DNA from: Candidatus Levyibacteriota bacterium
GTDB lineage: Bacteria; Patescibacteriota; Microgenomatia; Levybacterales; GWA1-39-11
NCBI GenBank assembly: GCA_030645455.1
Contig: JAUSNA010000069.1
Location: forward strand, 1 to 53,941
DNA: 53,941 nt
Direction: 5' to 3'
Shown here piece after piece: positions 1 to 9,162 of the stretch. Each line of letters starts with the position of its first letter. Positions within the stretch are counted from its first letter, which is position 1. The position numbers were made by a program, and so were the translations under genes. The notes under the pieces are model-generated. The model was not told the DNA's origin. It saw only the letters and a list, made by a program, of their open reading frames with translations, and searched no databases.

Positions 1-1019
1 ATATTTTCAATATTTGGAATATAAACTACGATATTTCCTGCGTGCGATAGCTCTGAAAAAAGAGAAACAAACCGTGCCTCCAAATCCCCTTCATTATTTA
101 TACCCGCAAGAAGCCTGTCTGCGTATAATTTAAATACAATTTTATTTGCAACCTGATGGGGAAGCACAGACATATCCGAATCTATTACAAATTGAGAGAT
201 AAGAGACGTTTTTCCAACCCCCGCTTTTCCTACAAGCAATGCATTGCTTGCAGTATTTTTTGAAAGGGCGGTAACTAAAAGATCATATTCATTTTCCCGA
301 CCTATAGGCTTTGCCGAATCACTCATAAGAACCTCTCGGGTAAAATTAGAAGCGTAACGGGAAAGTTCAGCGCTCCACCCGAATACAAAAAAGTCAAATA
401 CTCCGCTTCCTGAAAAATGAAGCTCTTTATGCTTCCTACCATCGACTTGTGCTTTCTTGCGAACCCACGCAAGAACAGTAAGAACATCATTTTCATCAAT
501 GTCTTTATTGAAAAGTATTTTTTCCTCCCTGTCTGCAAGTAAAAGATATGCCGCATAAATATCAATCGAATGAATATACGCTCCTTTTAAGGCAAGTACT
601 ATCGACTTTGCCTTTTGCAACACATCTTCTTCGGAAATTGGACCGTGAGAAGCTTCGTATGAATAATCAAATAATTTATTTAAATACCGCACCTCATAGT
701 CGTGTTGTATTTGTCTAATAACGGCATGCATATCAAGGTTTCGCTCGAGATATGCTCTGGTTCTAAAATCTACACACTCAATAAAATGAGGGTATTCGTC
801 AGTTACCCTTTTTTGGGGATAACTATTCTCAAGCCTAAAATGGATAAAAAGCTCTTGCAGAACAAGAACAAAATACAATGGGAGTATGCGAATAATTAGA
901 TCCTCATTTTCTAAATTGAGATATACAACAATCCCAATTAAAAGAAATATTGCCACCCTCAACCAGCGAACGAGAGGATTATCAAAAAAATAATAGAGAA
1001 AGTAATAATTATTTTTCAT
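1..1019 (-). CDS. Membrane-anchored Clp/Hsp100-family AAA+ ATPase, N-terminal ~340 aa only (3' end runs off the left edge)
   Basis: Not in the supplied ORF track (no stop in window). My own minus-strand translation from ATG at 1019 gives MKNNYYFLYYFFDNPLVRWLRVAIFLLIGIVVYL..., with two hydrophobic helices. Clp_N-like repeats follow, then ...LSRYASNFTREVLMSDSAKPIGRENEYDLLVTALSKNTASNALLVGKAGVGKTSLISQF (Clp linker PxGRxxE plus Walker A). The frame stays open to position 1. Confidence 0.75.
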   Translation of the reverse strand, partial: MKNNYYFLYYFFDNPLVRWLRVAIFLLIGIVVYLNLENEDLIIRILPLYFVLVLQELFIHFRLENSYPQKRVTDEYPHFIECVDFRTRAYLERNLDMHAVIRQIQHDYEVRYLNKLFDYSYEASHGPISEEDVLQKAKSIVLALKGAYIHSIDIYAAYLLLADREEKILFNKDIDENDVLTVLAWVRKKAQVDGRKHKELHFSGSGVFDFFVFGWSAELSRYASNFTREVLMSDSAKPIGRENEYDLLVTALSKNTASNALLVGKAGVGKTSLISQFVIDSDMSVLPHQVANKIVFKLYADRLLAGINNEGDLEARFVSLFSELSHAGNIVVYIPNIEN

Positions 1020-1381
1020 TGTACAAAAACATCTCCACCTACCAATAAAAGAATGGCTCCAAAAGGCAAAGCAATTAAAAATAAGGCTATTAAAACCTCT
1101 GTCAAAAGAAGCACAAAAATAATACTCGCGGATATTAAAATGAGCGCGGTTTTTATAATCATTCCAAAAACTATTGAAAATAGGACCAAACCATCTCGAT
1201 ACTCATTTTTTAATGGTTTGAAAAAAGTATGCAAAAGTAGTGGGAGAGACAAAAGGGACGCCGTATATCTGTTAAATTCTATAAAAAAAGTAAAAATTCC
1301 ACCAATGACCGTTTTGTACCAGAATAAAATTAAATAAAAAGGATAATAAAGAAATGCAACCATAGGCAGTAACCACACCAC
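1016..1381 (-). CDS. Small polytopic membrane protein, hypothetical
   Basis: 121-aa ORF, almost entirely hydrophobic (3-4 predicted helices). Its TGA stop overlaps the ATG of the downstream Clp-like gene (ATGA at 1016-1019), implying translational coupling. The GTG start at 1381 is uncertain; an in-frame ATG lies at 1363. Confidence 0.6.
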   Translation of the reverse strand: MVWLLPMVAFLYYPFYLILFWYKTVIGGIFTFFIEFNRYTASLLSLPLLLHTFFKPLKNEYRDGLVLFSIVFGMIIKTALILISASIIFVLLLTEVLIALFLIALPFGAILLLVGGDVFVQ

Positions 1382-1460
1382 TCCTTACTTCTAGTTTACG
1401 GTATGGGTGAAAAATAAATCAAGGAGAGCTTATAATAGGTTGTAAGGTAAAGCGTAAATA

Positions 1461-1811
1461 TTGTATGATTACCTCATGCCGACACCCGACATTTCCGATT
1501 ATAATGAGCTTTTCCTGCGTACTGCAAAAGATCACGTTAAAGCTCTTGAGGAATTAGTATTAAAACTTGAGGCCACAGGACCAACACCCAAAATTACTGA
1601 AGAGATTTTCCGGCAGGCACATTCATTGAAAGGCTCATCAAGCGTGATGGGGTTTAAAAAAATTACAGATCTTTGTACTCAAATTGACCAGACAATCCAT
1701 CCCGGGGATGGAAAAGACCGGTTTGAAAAAAAACAAACAGCGGAAATCTCCAGATGCATCGTTGAAATAAAGAATATTCTAGAAAATAGTACAACATATA
1801 CCAATACTTAA
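1461..1811 (+). CDS. Histidine phosphotransfer (HPt) domain protein
   Basis: Contains FRQAHSLKGSSSVMGF, the classic HPt phospho-His motif (aHsLKGsa..G), in a ~115-aa all-helical-looking protein. Start is TTG at 1461 or in-frame ATG at 1476. Confidence 0.75.
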   Translation: MYDYLMPTPDISDYNELFLRTAKDHVKALEELVLKLEATGPTPKITEEIFRQAHSLKGSSSVMGFKKITDLCTQIDQTIHPGDGKDRFEKKQTAEISRCIVEIKNILENSTTYTNT

Positions 1812-1813
1812 TT

Positions 1814-2179
1814 ATGCGGATTTTACTTGCCGAAGACGATACCTTTTTCCAAAATTTCTACTCAAAAAAACTTTCAGAGAAAGGCTTTACAGTAGATATT
1901 GCCCATGATGGAGTTGAAGCAATTGAAAAATTACTAGCTAACAAACCGGATATTATGCTTTTGGATTTAATTATGCCCAAAAAGGATGGTTTTGAAGTAC
2001 TTTCTGAAGTATCAAAACGCCCGGAGTTAAAAGATGTTCCTATTCTTGTATTCTCAACACTAGGCCAAGACGCCGACGTAGAGAAGGCGAAGAGCTTGGG
2101 GGCAACTGGATATATTAATAAAACTTTTTTTGATTTTGATAATTTGCTATCAAAAGTAATGACGGTAGCAAATCATTAA
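1814..2179 (+). CDS. Single-domain response regulator (REC only, CheY-like)
   Basis: MRILLAEDD...PDIMLLDLIMPKKDGFEVL...PILVFST...K: acidic pocket, phospho-Asp and conserved T/K positions. No output domain. Begins 2 nt after the HPt stop. Confidence 0.85.
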   Translation: MRILLAEDDTFFQNFYSKKLSEKGFTVDIAHDGVEAIEKLLANKPDIMLLDLIMPKKDGFEVLSEVSKRPELKDVPILVFSTLGQDADVEKAKSLGATGYINKTFFDFDNLLSKVMTVANH

Positions 2180-2191
2180 TTTACCCTGCCT

Positions 2192-3880
2192 ATGATTTTA
2201 GCTGACGACCAGATCAAAGCACTGGTTATTAAAACCGGGCTCGCGACCGAGCAAAGCATACAAGAGCTTGTTGAGTTTGCAAAAAATTCAAATGTAACGC
2301 TTGCCGATGCTCTCATCGAAAAGGACGTTATATCAGATGAAAATCTGGGTATTCTTATTGCAGACTTTCTTCATATTCCATTCACTGTTCTATCCAAGCT
2401 TTCAATTCCTGAAGATGTTTTTCATGTAATCCCGGAAAAAATTGCCCGCAAACATAAAGTTATTCCGTTTGAAAAATCGCAGGAAGGACTAAAGGTTGCA
2501 ACAATTGATCCCCGCAATACTGAGATTTTACAGGCTATAAGTAAAAAAACGGGGCTTAAAGTTGTCCCCTATCTCACAACGGAGCGTGATATTGAAAATA
2601 TTTTACGGATTTATAAAAGAGATCTTCAAAAATCATTTGAGAAATTATTGCAAAAAGAACTCGGAATAACCGATATTTCAAAAGTAACGGATGCTGCTCC
2701 AATCGAGAAGATTGTTAACCTACTTGTCGAATTCGGATACCAGGATAAAGTATCCGACATCCATATCGAACCCGAAGAAAAAGATTCATTGGTCCGGTTC
2801 AGAATTGATGGAATTCTTCATGACGTATTGTACCTTCCGAAAAATTTCCATGAGAGGGTTATATCGAGAATAAAAATTCTATCAAAACTTCGGACCGACG
2901 AACACTTAAGTCCGCAGGATGGAAAAATGAGAATTAAACTTGAGGAAGAAAATTTGGATATCCGTGTCTCGGTACTTCCAATTGCTGATGGTGAAAAAGC
3001 GGTATTGAGGCTTCTTGCCTCCCACTTCAGACAGTTTTCTCTTATCGACCTTGGGATGAGCGAGACAGATCTTAAAAAAGTAACCAACGCGTACAGCAAA
3101 TCCTATGGCATGGTACTCTCAACAGGTCCTACCGGAAGCGGAAAAACTACCTCAATTTATGCCATTCTTAAAATTCTTAATACCCGTGAGAAAAATATTA
3201 CAACAATTGAAGACCCTGTTGAATACCGGATCAAGGGAGTTAATCAAATCAACGTAAATACCAAAACGGACCTTACCTTTGCAAACGGCTTGCGCTCCAT
3301 ATTACGTCAGGACCCCAATGTTGTTTTCGTAGGAGAAATTAGAGACAGCGAAACTGCAGGAATTGCTGTTAATGCTGCGCTCACCGGACACTTGGTTCTT
3401 TCTACCCTTCACACCAATGATGCGGCAACGGCTCTTCCGAGACTAATTGATATGAAAGTTGAACCTTTTCTTGTAGCTTCAACTGTCAATGTCATAATTG
3501 CGCAGCGCCTTATCCGCAAAATATGTGATATGTGCAAAATGTCTTACGACATTGACCGTTCGGATCTAACAAAGAATTTACCGACAAATATCATTTCAAA
3601 GCATTTTGGAGAAAAGGAAGTCGTAAGGCTTTATCGAGGTAAAGGGTGCAAGATATGCCATTCGACCGGATACTCTGGAAGACTTGGTATCTTTGAAGTA
3701 TTGGAAGTAACAAAAGACATAAAGGCATTGATTGCTGCTAAAAATGACTCGGATGTTATACAAAAAAAGGCAATAGATCTTGGAATGACAACCATGCTTA
3801 ACGACGGACTCAATAAAGTACTTAAAGGAATGACTACAATAGAAGAAGTATTACGTGTTACAAAAGTTGAATCCCTCTAA
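2192..3880 (+). CDS. pilB: Type IV pilus assembly ATPase PilB (GspE/PilB family)
   Basis: N-terminal T2SSE_N-like domain, Walker A GPTGSGKTT, Asp box/Walker B (VVFVGEIRD), His box (TGHLVLSTLHTND) and a tetracysteine motif (CDMC...CKIC). Confidence 0.93.
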   Translation: MILADDQIKALVIKTGLATEQSIQELVEFAKNSNVTLADALIEKDVISDENLGILIADFLHIPFTVLSKLSIPEDVFHVIPEKIARKHKVIPFEKSQEGLKVATIDPRNTEILQAISKKTGLKVVPYLTTERDIENILRIYKRDLQKSFEKLLQKELGITDISKVTDAAPIEKIVNLLVEFGYQDKVSDIHIEPEEKDSLVRFRIDGILHDVLYLPKNFHERVISRIKILSKLRTDEHLSPQDGKMRIKLEEENLDIRVSVLPIADGEKAVLRLLASHFRQFSLIDLGMSETDLKKVTNAYSKSYGMVLSTGPTGSGKTTSIYAILKILNTREKNITTIEDPVEYRIKGVNQINVNTKTDLTFANGLRSILRQDPNVVFVGEIRDSETAGIAVNAALTGHLVLSTLHTNDAATALPRLIDMKVEPFLVASTVNVIIAQRLIRKICDMCKMSYDIDRSDLTKNLPTNIISKHFGEKEVVRLYRGKGCKICHSTGYSGRLGIFEVLEVTKDIKALIAAKNDSDVIQKKAIDLGMTTMLNDGLNKVLKGMTTIEEVLRVTKVESL

Positions 3881-3882
3881 TT

Positions 3883-4953
3883 ATGCAATTATTCAATAAT
3901 TCAAATCCAAAATCTATCAGGATCTCAAGCACCGAAAAGCTAGGATTGGTTAGTAATATGGCAACAATGCTATCTGCAGGAATCCCGATTCTTGAGGTTG
4001 TTGATTCTCTTCTTGAAGACGCAAAAGGGAGTCAGAAAAAATTTCTTGAGTCGCTAAAGGCTGATCTTGCACAAGGCAATCACGTAGCGGATGCTCTTGC
4101 GAAATTTCCAAGAATTTTTGACAAAATTACTGTCAATCTAATTAAGGCTTCCGAAGAAGCAGGAACGCTTGACGTTACACTAACTGATCTTAAATCCTCC
4201 ATAAAAAAAGATGCGGAATTTTCAGACAAAATCAAAGGGGCTCTTACATATCCAGTTCTTATTTTCTTTGTTTTTATCGGAGTTCTACTTATGATACTTG
4301 TTGTCGTGGTCCCGAAAATATCCAGTGTATTTTCAAGACTCGATGTCCCCCTCCCTCTTCCAACACAAATATTAATTTTTATGTCTAAAATTCTTACCGA
4401 ATATACGGTTTTTGCCGCAATTGGAATACTAATTTTGGTAGTTTTGATATTTCTTGCATACCGTGAGAAGAAAAGGGAATTTATGCATATTCTATTTATG
4501 CTTCCGCTCGTCTCAACTCTTGCACAACTCATTGATTTGACCCGTTTTTCAAGAAGTCTCTATCTACTTCTCAATGCCGGCATTCCAATAGCGGCAGCTT
4601 TAGAGCTTGCCCAGGAAGTAGTTCTAAAAAAGGAAGTGGCAAAAGCTATTGGCCACTGCAAAGACGTGGTACTTGCGGGAAGTGAATTATCTTTGGGTCT
4701 TAAAAATGCAAAAAATATTTTTCCAAATATTATGATAAAAATTACCGAAGCAGGGGAAAAAAGCGGCTCTCTTGATAAATCTATGCAAGATGTTTCAGAG
4801 TACCTCGACTATCAGGTAGACAAAACCCTGAAAACGCTCACAACCATGTTGGAACCGATAATGCTTATAGTTGTCGGCACCCTCGTTGGAGGAATGATGC
4901 TTTCTATTATTGCGCCGATTTACGGACTTATCGGACAGGTCTCAGCTCGTTAG
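3883..4953 (+). CDS. pilC: Type IV pilus platform protein PilC (GspF family)
   Basis: Two GspF-type repeats (..LSAGIPILEVVDSL.. and ..LLNAGIPIAAALELA..) with three TM segments. Immediately follows pilB. Confidence 0.9.
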   Translation: MQLFNNSNPKSIRISSTEKLGLVSNMATMLSAGIPILEVVDSLLEDAKGSQKKFLESLKADLAQGNHVADALAKFPRIFDKITVNLIKASEEAGTLDVTLTDLKSSIKKDAEFSDKIKGALTYPVLIFFVFIGVLLMILVVVVPKISSVFSRLDVPLPLPTQILIFMSKILTEYTVFAAIGILILVVLIFLAYREKKREFMHILFMLPLVSTLAQLIDLTRFSRSLYLLLNAGIPIAAALELAQEVVLKKEVAKAIGHCKDVVLAGSELSLGLKNAKNIFPNIMIKITEAGEKSGSLDKSMQDVSEYLDYQVDKTLKTLTTMLEPIMLIVVGTLVGGMMLSIIAPIYGLIGQVSAR

Positions 4954-5469
4954 ATGAAATTACCAATCCAACTTAGGAATAAAGATTCGAAGAAAAGACA
5001 ATCTGGATTTACCTTCGTTGAATTGATAATTTCCTTTGGCATCATAGCAATTTTATTTTCAATCGGGTATGTAAGCATCGCAAATATTCAAACCAAATCG
5101 GCCAGCAATGCTTCCGTTTCTGTCATCATTTCAGATATCAAATCTCAACAAATAAAAGCGATGACAGGCGACACCGAAGGTCGGGGAACTCCGGATACTT
5201 ATGGAGTAAAAATACTACCAAACTCCTATATTCTCTTTCATGGATCCGTTTACAATCCGCTTGATCCCTCGAATTTTTCTATCCCAGCGCCTTCTGGTCA
5301 TACATTTAGCACACTTCTTCCAAATAATTCGATCATTTTCTCAACTGGCAAAGGAGAAATCACAGGATTTGTGGATGGACAAAATACGATTACTCTCACA
5401 AACACCAGGTCAGGCAGAACTCAGACAGTTCACTTTAATAAATACGGAACAGTAACAAATGTTAATTAA
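4954..5469 (+). CDS. Minor pilin / pseudopilin with class III signal peptide
   Basis: KKRQSG|FTFVELIISFGIIAILF: Gly-1, Phe+1, Glu+5, then a hydrophobic helix. Start codon abuts the pilC stop. Confidence 0.8.
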   Translation: MKLPIQLRNKDSKKRQSGFTFVELIISFGIIAILFSIGYVSIANIQTKSASNASVSVIISDIKSQQIKAMTGDTEGRGTPDTYGVKILPNSYILFHGSVYNPLDPSNFSIPAPSGHTFSTLLPNNSIIFSTGKGEITGFVDGQNTITLTNTRSGRTQTVHFNKYGTVTNVN

Positions 5470-7402
5470 AAATTTACAGAACCAAAAAGGACAACTGCTT
5501 ATTGAAGTATTATTTGCGATTGCGCTTACTTCAATTATTCTACCGGCACTACTAACCGGTCTTATTTCATCGAGACAAGGGATATCCCAACAACAACAAC
5601 GTATCCAAGCGATAGCTCTTCTTAAGGAAGCGGAGGAAATAGTTCGCAATGTAAAACACCAATCGTGGTCAAATGTTGCAGTAGATGGCACGTACCATCC
5701 GGTTGTTGTTAGCAACTCTTGGTCTCTTGCTGCAGGACTTGAAACAATAGGTGACTTCGAAAGAAGCATCCAAATAAACAGTGCCCAACGTGACAATAAT
5801 GGCTCAATTGTCGCAAGCGGAGGCACTATCGATCCCTCTACCAAAAGAGTGGATATCAGTGTCACTTGGAATAAACCATACAATTCAGCAGCAGAATCAA
5901 CCCTATATGTCACCCGTTATTCGCAAAACGCCGCAAATGTTGTAACGACGGTTGCGGATTTTACAAACGGCACACCCAATCAAACAATTATAGCCGATAA
6001 TAACGGCGGTGAAATTGAGTTGGGCTCAGGAGGAGGATCTTCAAATTGGTGTAATCCCATTGACTCACTTACAAGTATAGATCTCTCCCGTCAAGGTGTT
6101 CCGACAGCAATTTCTGCTATTGAAGGGTCAGTTGTTACAGGAACCGGAGGCAATGCTTCAGGACCAACCTTTGTTAGAAATCTGATATCCGGCAATTCTC
6201 CGGTTCTTGCAACACCTGCAGGAGAATTCGATAATTCAAAAGCCAATGGGGTGTTTACGGCAGGCAATTTTGGCTACATAGCAACAGACAGCAATTCTGA
6301 GGAGATAAAAATATTGAACTTAACTCAATATTCCAATCCCCCAACCAACACTAAATTCCTCAAAGTAGGAGCATTTAACGCGCCGGGAAATACTCAAGGA
6401 AATAGTGTCTATGCGAGCGGAAATACAGGATATATGACTGCAGTGGACAAATTCTACACTTTTAGACTGACAGATTATACTCAAATAAATCCTACAGCAG
6501 TAACTCTTGCCGGAACAGGAAAAAAAATAGTTGTTGCTGGAAATTATGCATTTGTTGCAGTAAATTCCATTACTACTCCCCTGCAAATTATTGATATCTC
6601 AAATCCGGCAGCACCGACAATTGTTGCCGCAGCAAATATTACCAATCAGCCGGGAATTGACGTTGCGGTTAACGAAAGCGGTACCAGAGCATATCTTATA
6701 ACACCTTATACTTCACCTTCCCAAGCCAATGTTTTGATTATTAATACCAGCACCATGACAACCCCATTGCCCCTTATTGGAACCGGATTCAACACGAACG
6801 GAATGAATCCGAAAGGAATTTCGATAGCAACCGGAAATAGATTGATTGTCGTGGGACAAAATGGATCACGGCAATACCAGGTGATTAATACATCAAACGA
6901 AACCACTCCCGTTGCCTGTGGTGATGGCATGACAATATCAAGCGGTGCGCACGCTGTATCTAGCGTTTTACAAAGCAATGGCTACGCGTACTCTTACGTC
7001 GCAACCGGGGATAGCAACCAAGAACTCAAAATTATTCTTGGCGGCTCAGGAGGAACTTTTTCTAATAACGGCACTTTTACCTCAGGTCCTATTGACCCTG
7101 GGGGGTCTGTTGTTTACAACTATTTTACTCCTTCTTTTATTAAGCCTATTGGTACCAATATTCAGTTCAAGGTAGCTGTAGCACAAGCTGTGAATAATAA
7201 CTGCAATGAGGCTTCATATACTTTTCTGGGTCCCGACGGAACAGAAAATTCATTTTTTAGTGGGGAAGGTGCAATTCCGTTCAATACAAGTGGAACATAT
7301 ACCAATCCGGGCCGCTGCTTCAAATTTATGGCATATCTTTCAACCACAGATTATACCTCTTCGCCTATTCTCTATGATGCTACCGTCAATTACTCACCAT
7401 AA
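5459..7402 (+). CDS. Large pilin-like protein: prepilin N-terminus fused to a ~600-aa repeat (beta-propeller/LVIVD-like) domain, candidate pilus tip adhesin
   Basis: N-terminus NQKG|QLLIEVLFAIALTSIILPALL (Glu+5). The body has recurring units such as GNFGYIATDSNSEEIKILNL, GNTGYMTAVDKFYTFRL, AGNYAFVAVNSITTPLQIIDISNPAAP, GTRAYLITPY and GNRLIVVGQNG. These resemble LVIVD-type propeller blades. 11-nt overlap with the upstream gene. Confidence 0.7.
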   Translation: MLIKNLQNQKGQLLIEVLFAIALTSIILPALLTGLISSRQGISQQQQRIQAIALLKEAEEIVRNVKHQSWSNVAVDGTYHPVVVSNSWSLAAGLETIGDFERSIQINSAQRDNNGSIVASGGTIDPSTKRVDISVTWNKPYNSAAESTLYVTRYSQNAANVVTTVADFTNGTPNQTIIADNNGGEIELGSGGGSSNWCNPIDSLTSIDLSRQGVPTAISAIEGSVVTGTGGNASGPTFVRNLISGNSPVLATPAGEFDNSKANGVFTAGNFGYIATDSNSEEIKILNLTQYSNPPTNTKFLKVGAFNAPGNTQGNSVYASGNTGYMTAVDKFYTFRLTDYTQINPTAVTLAGTGKKIVVAGNYAFVAVNSITTPLQIIDISNPAAPTIVAAANITNQPGIDVAVNESGTRAYLITPYTSPSQANVLIINTSTMTTPLPLIGTGFNTNGMNPKGISIATGNRLIVVGQNGSRQYQVINTSNETTPVACGDGMTISSGAHAVSSVLQSNGYAYSYVATGDSNQELKIILGGSGGTFSNNGTFTSGPIDPGGSVVYNYFTPSFIKPIGTNIQFKVAVAQAVNNNCNEASYTFLGPDGTENSFFSGEGAIPFNTSGTYTNPGRCFKFMAYLSTTDYTSSPILYDATVNYSP

Positions 7403-7405
7403 TCT

Positions 7406-7969
7406 ATGAAAATTAGTTTTAAGTATCTTGCGTTAAGTATTAAGAGTTTGTGCATTTGTTTTAGACCAAACGCTAGGCACCATAAACCAAACTCTTCTTC
7501 AGGCTTTACTCTTGTTGAAGTTCTTATTTATATGGGGCTCTTAATTACTCTTATTGTTATTTTCACAGAAATATTTGCATCGATAACAGACCTACAATTA
7601 AGCTCAAAAAATACCTCAAATGTTGCGGACGACGGCAGATACATATATAGCAGATTTATTTATGACGTAAATAGGGCAGAGTCAATATCTACACCTATAA
7701 ATGAAGGAGAGACTACAAATACCCTTTCTCTTATAATAAACGGTGATTCATACAATTACACACTTGCCAATGGAGTGCTTTCAATAACTGATCCCACTGG
7801 GTCTTACGCACTCAACGGATACGGCTCACAAGTGGTTGGATTATCATTCACGAAAATCGGAACCGGCGCCAACAGCACGGTGAGAATTAATTTCACAGTC
7901 AATGGTATCGTTACAAAGCAAGGGCTATCGGATCAACAATCTTTTCAAACAACTGCGGGACTCAGATGA
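7406..7969 (+). CDS. Minor pilin with class III signal peptide
   Basis: SSSG|FTLVEVLIYMGLLITLIVIF (Phe+1, Glu+5). The 33-aa leader is unusually long; an alternative in-frame TTG start lies at 7448. Confidence 0.75.
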   Translation: MKISFKYLALSIKSLCICFRPNARHHKPNSSSGFTLVEVLIYMGLLITLIVIFTEIFASITDLQLSSKNTSNVADDGRYIYSRFIYDVNRAESISTPINEGETTNTLSLIINGDSYNYTLANGVLSITDPTGSYALNGYGSQVVGLSFTKIGTGANSTVRINFTVNGIVTKQGLSDQQSFQTTAGLR

Positions 7970-8349
7970 AAAAAACAAACATATATCAGAATGGTCAAAC
8001 GCTTGTGATACTTCTTGTTTATATGATTATAGCGGTAACTATCACATCGGCTGCGGTTGTAATGGTGCTTAATAGTTCTACTGGAACCGGAAAAGTTCAT
8101 CAGGGAGCAACAGCATTCGACATTGCAGAAAGCGGTGCTGAAAATGCTATTTTAAAATTATTAAGAAATAGGAATTACGCAGGAGAAACACTGGATATCG
8201 GAAACGGTCAGGCAGAGGTTACGATAACAGGAACCAACCCCAAAACAATAATCTCAACAGGAACTTTAAATAATTTCTCTCGAACAGTACAAGTTTTGGT
8301 CAATATAATTAATGGAGAACTAACAGTGACCTCTTGGAAGGAAATTTAA
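7966..8349 (+). CDS. PilX/GspK-like minor pilin lacking Glu+5
   Basis: YQNG|QTLVILLVYMIIAVTITSAAVVMVL: prepilin-like helix with Ile at +5, as in GspK/PilX-type initiators. 4-nt overlap with the upstream pilin. Confidence 0.6.
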   Translation: MKKTNIYQNGQTLVILLVYMIIAVTITSAAVVMVLNSSTGTGKVHQGATAFDIAESGAENAILKLLRNRNYAGETLDIGNGQAEVTITGTNPKTIISTGTLNNFSRTVQVLVNIINGELTVTSWKEI

Positions 8350-8402
8350 AATCTGGGAAAGTTTTTTCAGAATGAGTATAATAATTAATAACAATATACA
8401 AT

Positions 8403-9095
8403 ATGGATTTTAACAAAAAACAAGCAGCGCTTCTTTATCTTGACAAGAATGGTTTTTACTTTTATACAGATGGTCTTCCAAGCGTAATTAGTCTTGCATT
8501 TATCGACAACGCGGTAAGAGATATGGATGTTGTCAACGGAGCATCCCTTATAGCTCAGGTAAAAGCCTTTATAGATCAGTACAGGCTCATGCCTTCGATG
8601 ATTACCATTATTCTTTCTCCAAATGTTGCTTTTGAAAAAGACATTGCTGGCCTTACGCGCGAAGCGCAGGCGGAAGAAATTAAGAATTTTATTGATACCA
8701 TTCCTTTTGAAAGTGTACTTACCAGAACCTACCCTATTGAAAAAGGTGTAAAGGTGATTGGATTTAATGAAGACCTTTATACAGAGTTAAAAAATGGCTT
8801 TGAAAAAAACTCATTTGGAATCGATATGGTCATCCCTTACCAACTACTCGGGACAGATCAGACTCTGATTAAAAATTTAACCACCGATAACGCTGCGCAA
8901 TTCCTGAAAAGATGCGACCATTTAAAACAATACACTTTACTTATCACCGAAAAACAAAAAAACCCTGGTCCATCTCCAGTGACCGAGACAGTCGTGCAAA
9001 AACCAAAAAAAAATTATACCCGCCTTTTTGTAATGATAGGAGTTTTTACTTTTCTTTTTGCGGTTCTTGGATATATGCTAATTACTATGAAATGA
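8403..9095 (+). CDS. Bitopic pilus-operon protein, hypothetical (possible minimal PilM/PilN-like assembly factor)
   Basis: Soluble ~200-aa N-terminal domain plus a single C-terminal TM (LFVMIGVFTFLFAVLGYMLI). Sits between minor and major pilins. The functional call is a guess from context. Confidence 0.4.
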   Translation: MDFNKKQAALLYLDKNGFYFYTDGLPSVISLAFIDNAVRDMDVVNGASLIAQVKAFIDQYRLMPSMITIILSPNVAFEKDIAGLTREAQAEEIKNFIDTIPFESVLTRTYPIEKGVKVIGFNEDLYTELKNGFEKNSFGIDMVIPYQLLGTDQTLIKNLTTDNAAQFLKRCDHLKQYTLLITEKQKNPGPSPVTETVVQKPKKNYTRLFVMIGVFTFLFAVLGYMLITMK

Positions 9096-9123
9096 ACCCA
9101 AATTGGATAAAAGTTTTACCCTA

Positions 9124-9153
9124 TTGACAAGATTTTTTAAATATGGTTATCTA
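9124..9153 (+). promoter_or_regulatory. Putative sigma70-type promoter of the major pilin
   Basis: TTGACA (9124-9129), 18-nt spacer, TATCTA (9148-9153), then 9 nt to ATG 9163. It lies inside the 5' extension of the track ORF, which argues for the 9163 start. Confidence 0.45.
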
Positions 9154-9162
9154 GATACAGAT

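Noticed and set aside
323-899. Two short track ORFs (323-565 minus, 702-899 plus)
   Set aside because: They are superseded by the long open minus-strand frame (1-1019) with Clp_N/Walker A signatures, which the track omitted because it has no stop in the window.
4080-4532. 150-aa ORF on the minus strand
   Set aside because: It is antisense to pilC, with no start context or motifs.
5410-5913. 167-aa ORF on the minus strand
   Set aside because: It is antisense to the pilin genes at 4954-7402. The plus-strand genes carry clear prepilin signatures.
9103-9162. 5' extension of pilin A giving a 31-aa leader
   Set aside because: It contains the TTGACA promoter element. ATG 9163 gives an 11-aa leader, normal for type IV pilins and similar to paralog B.
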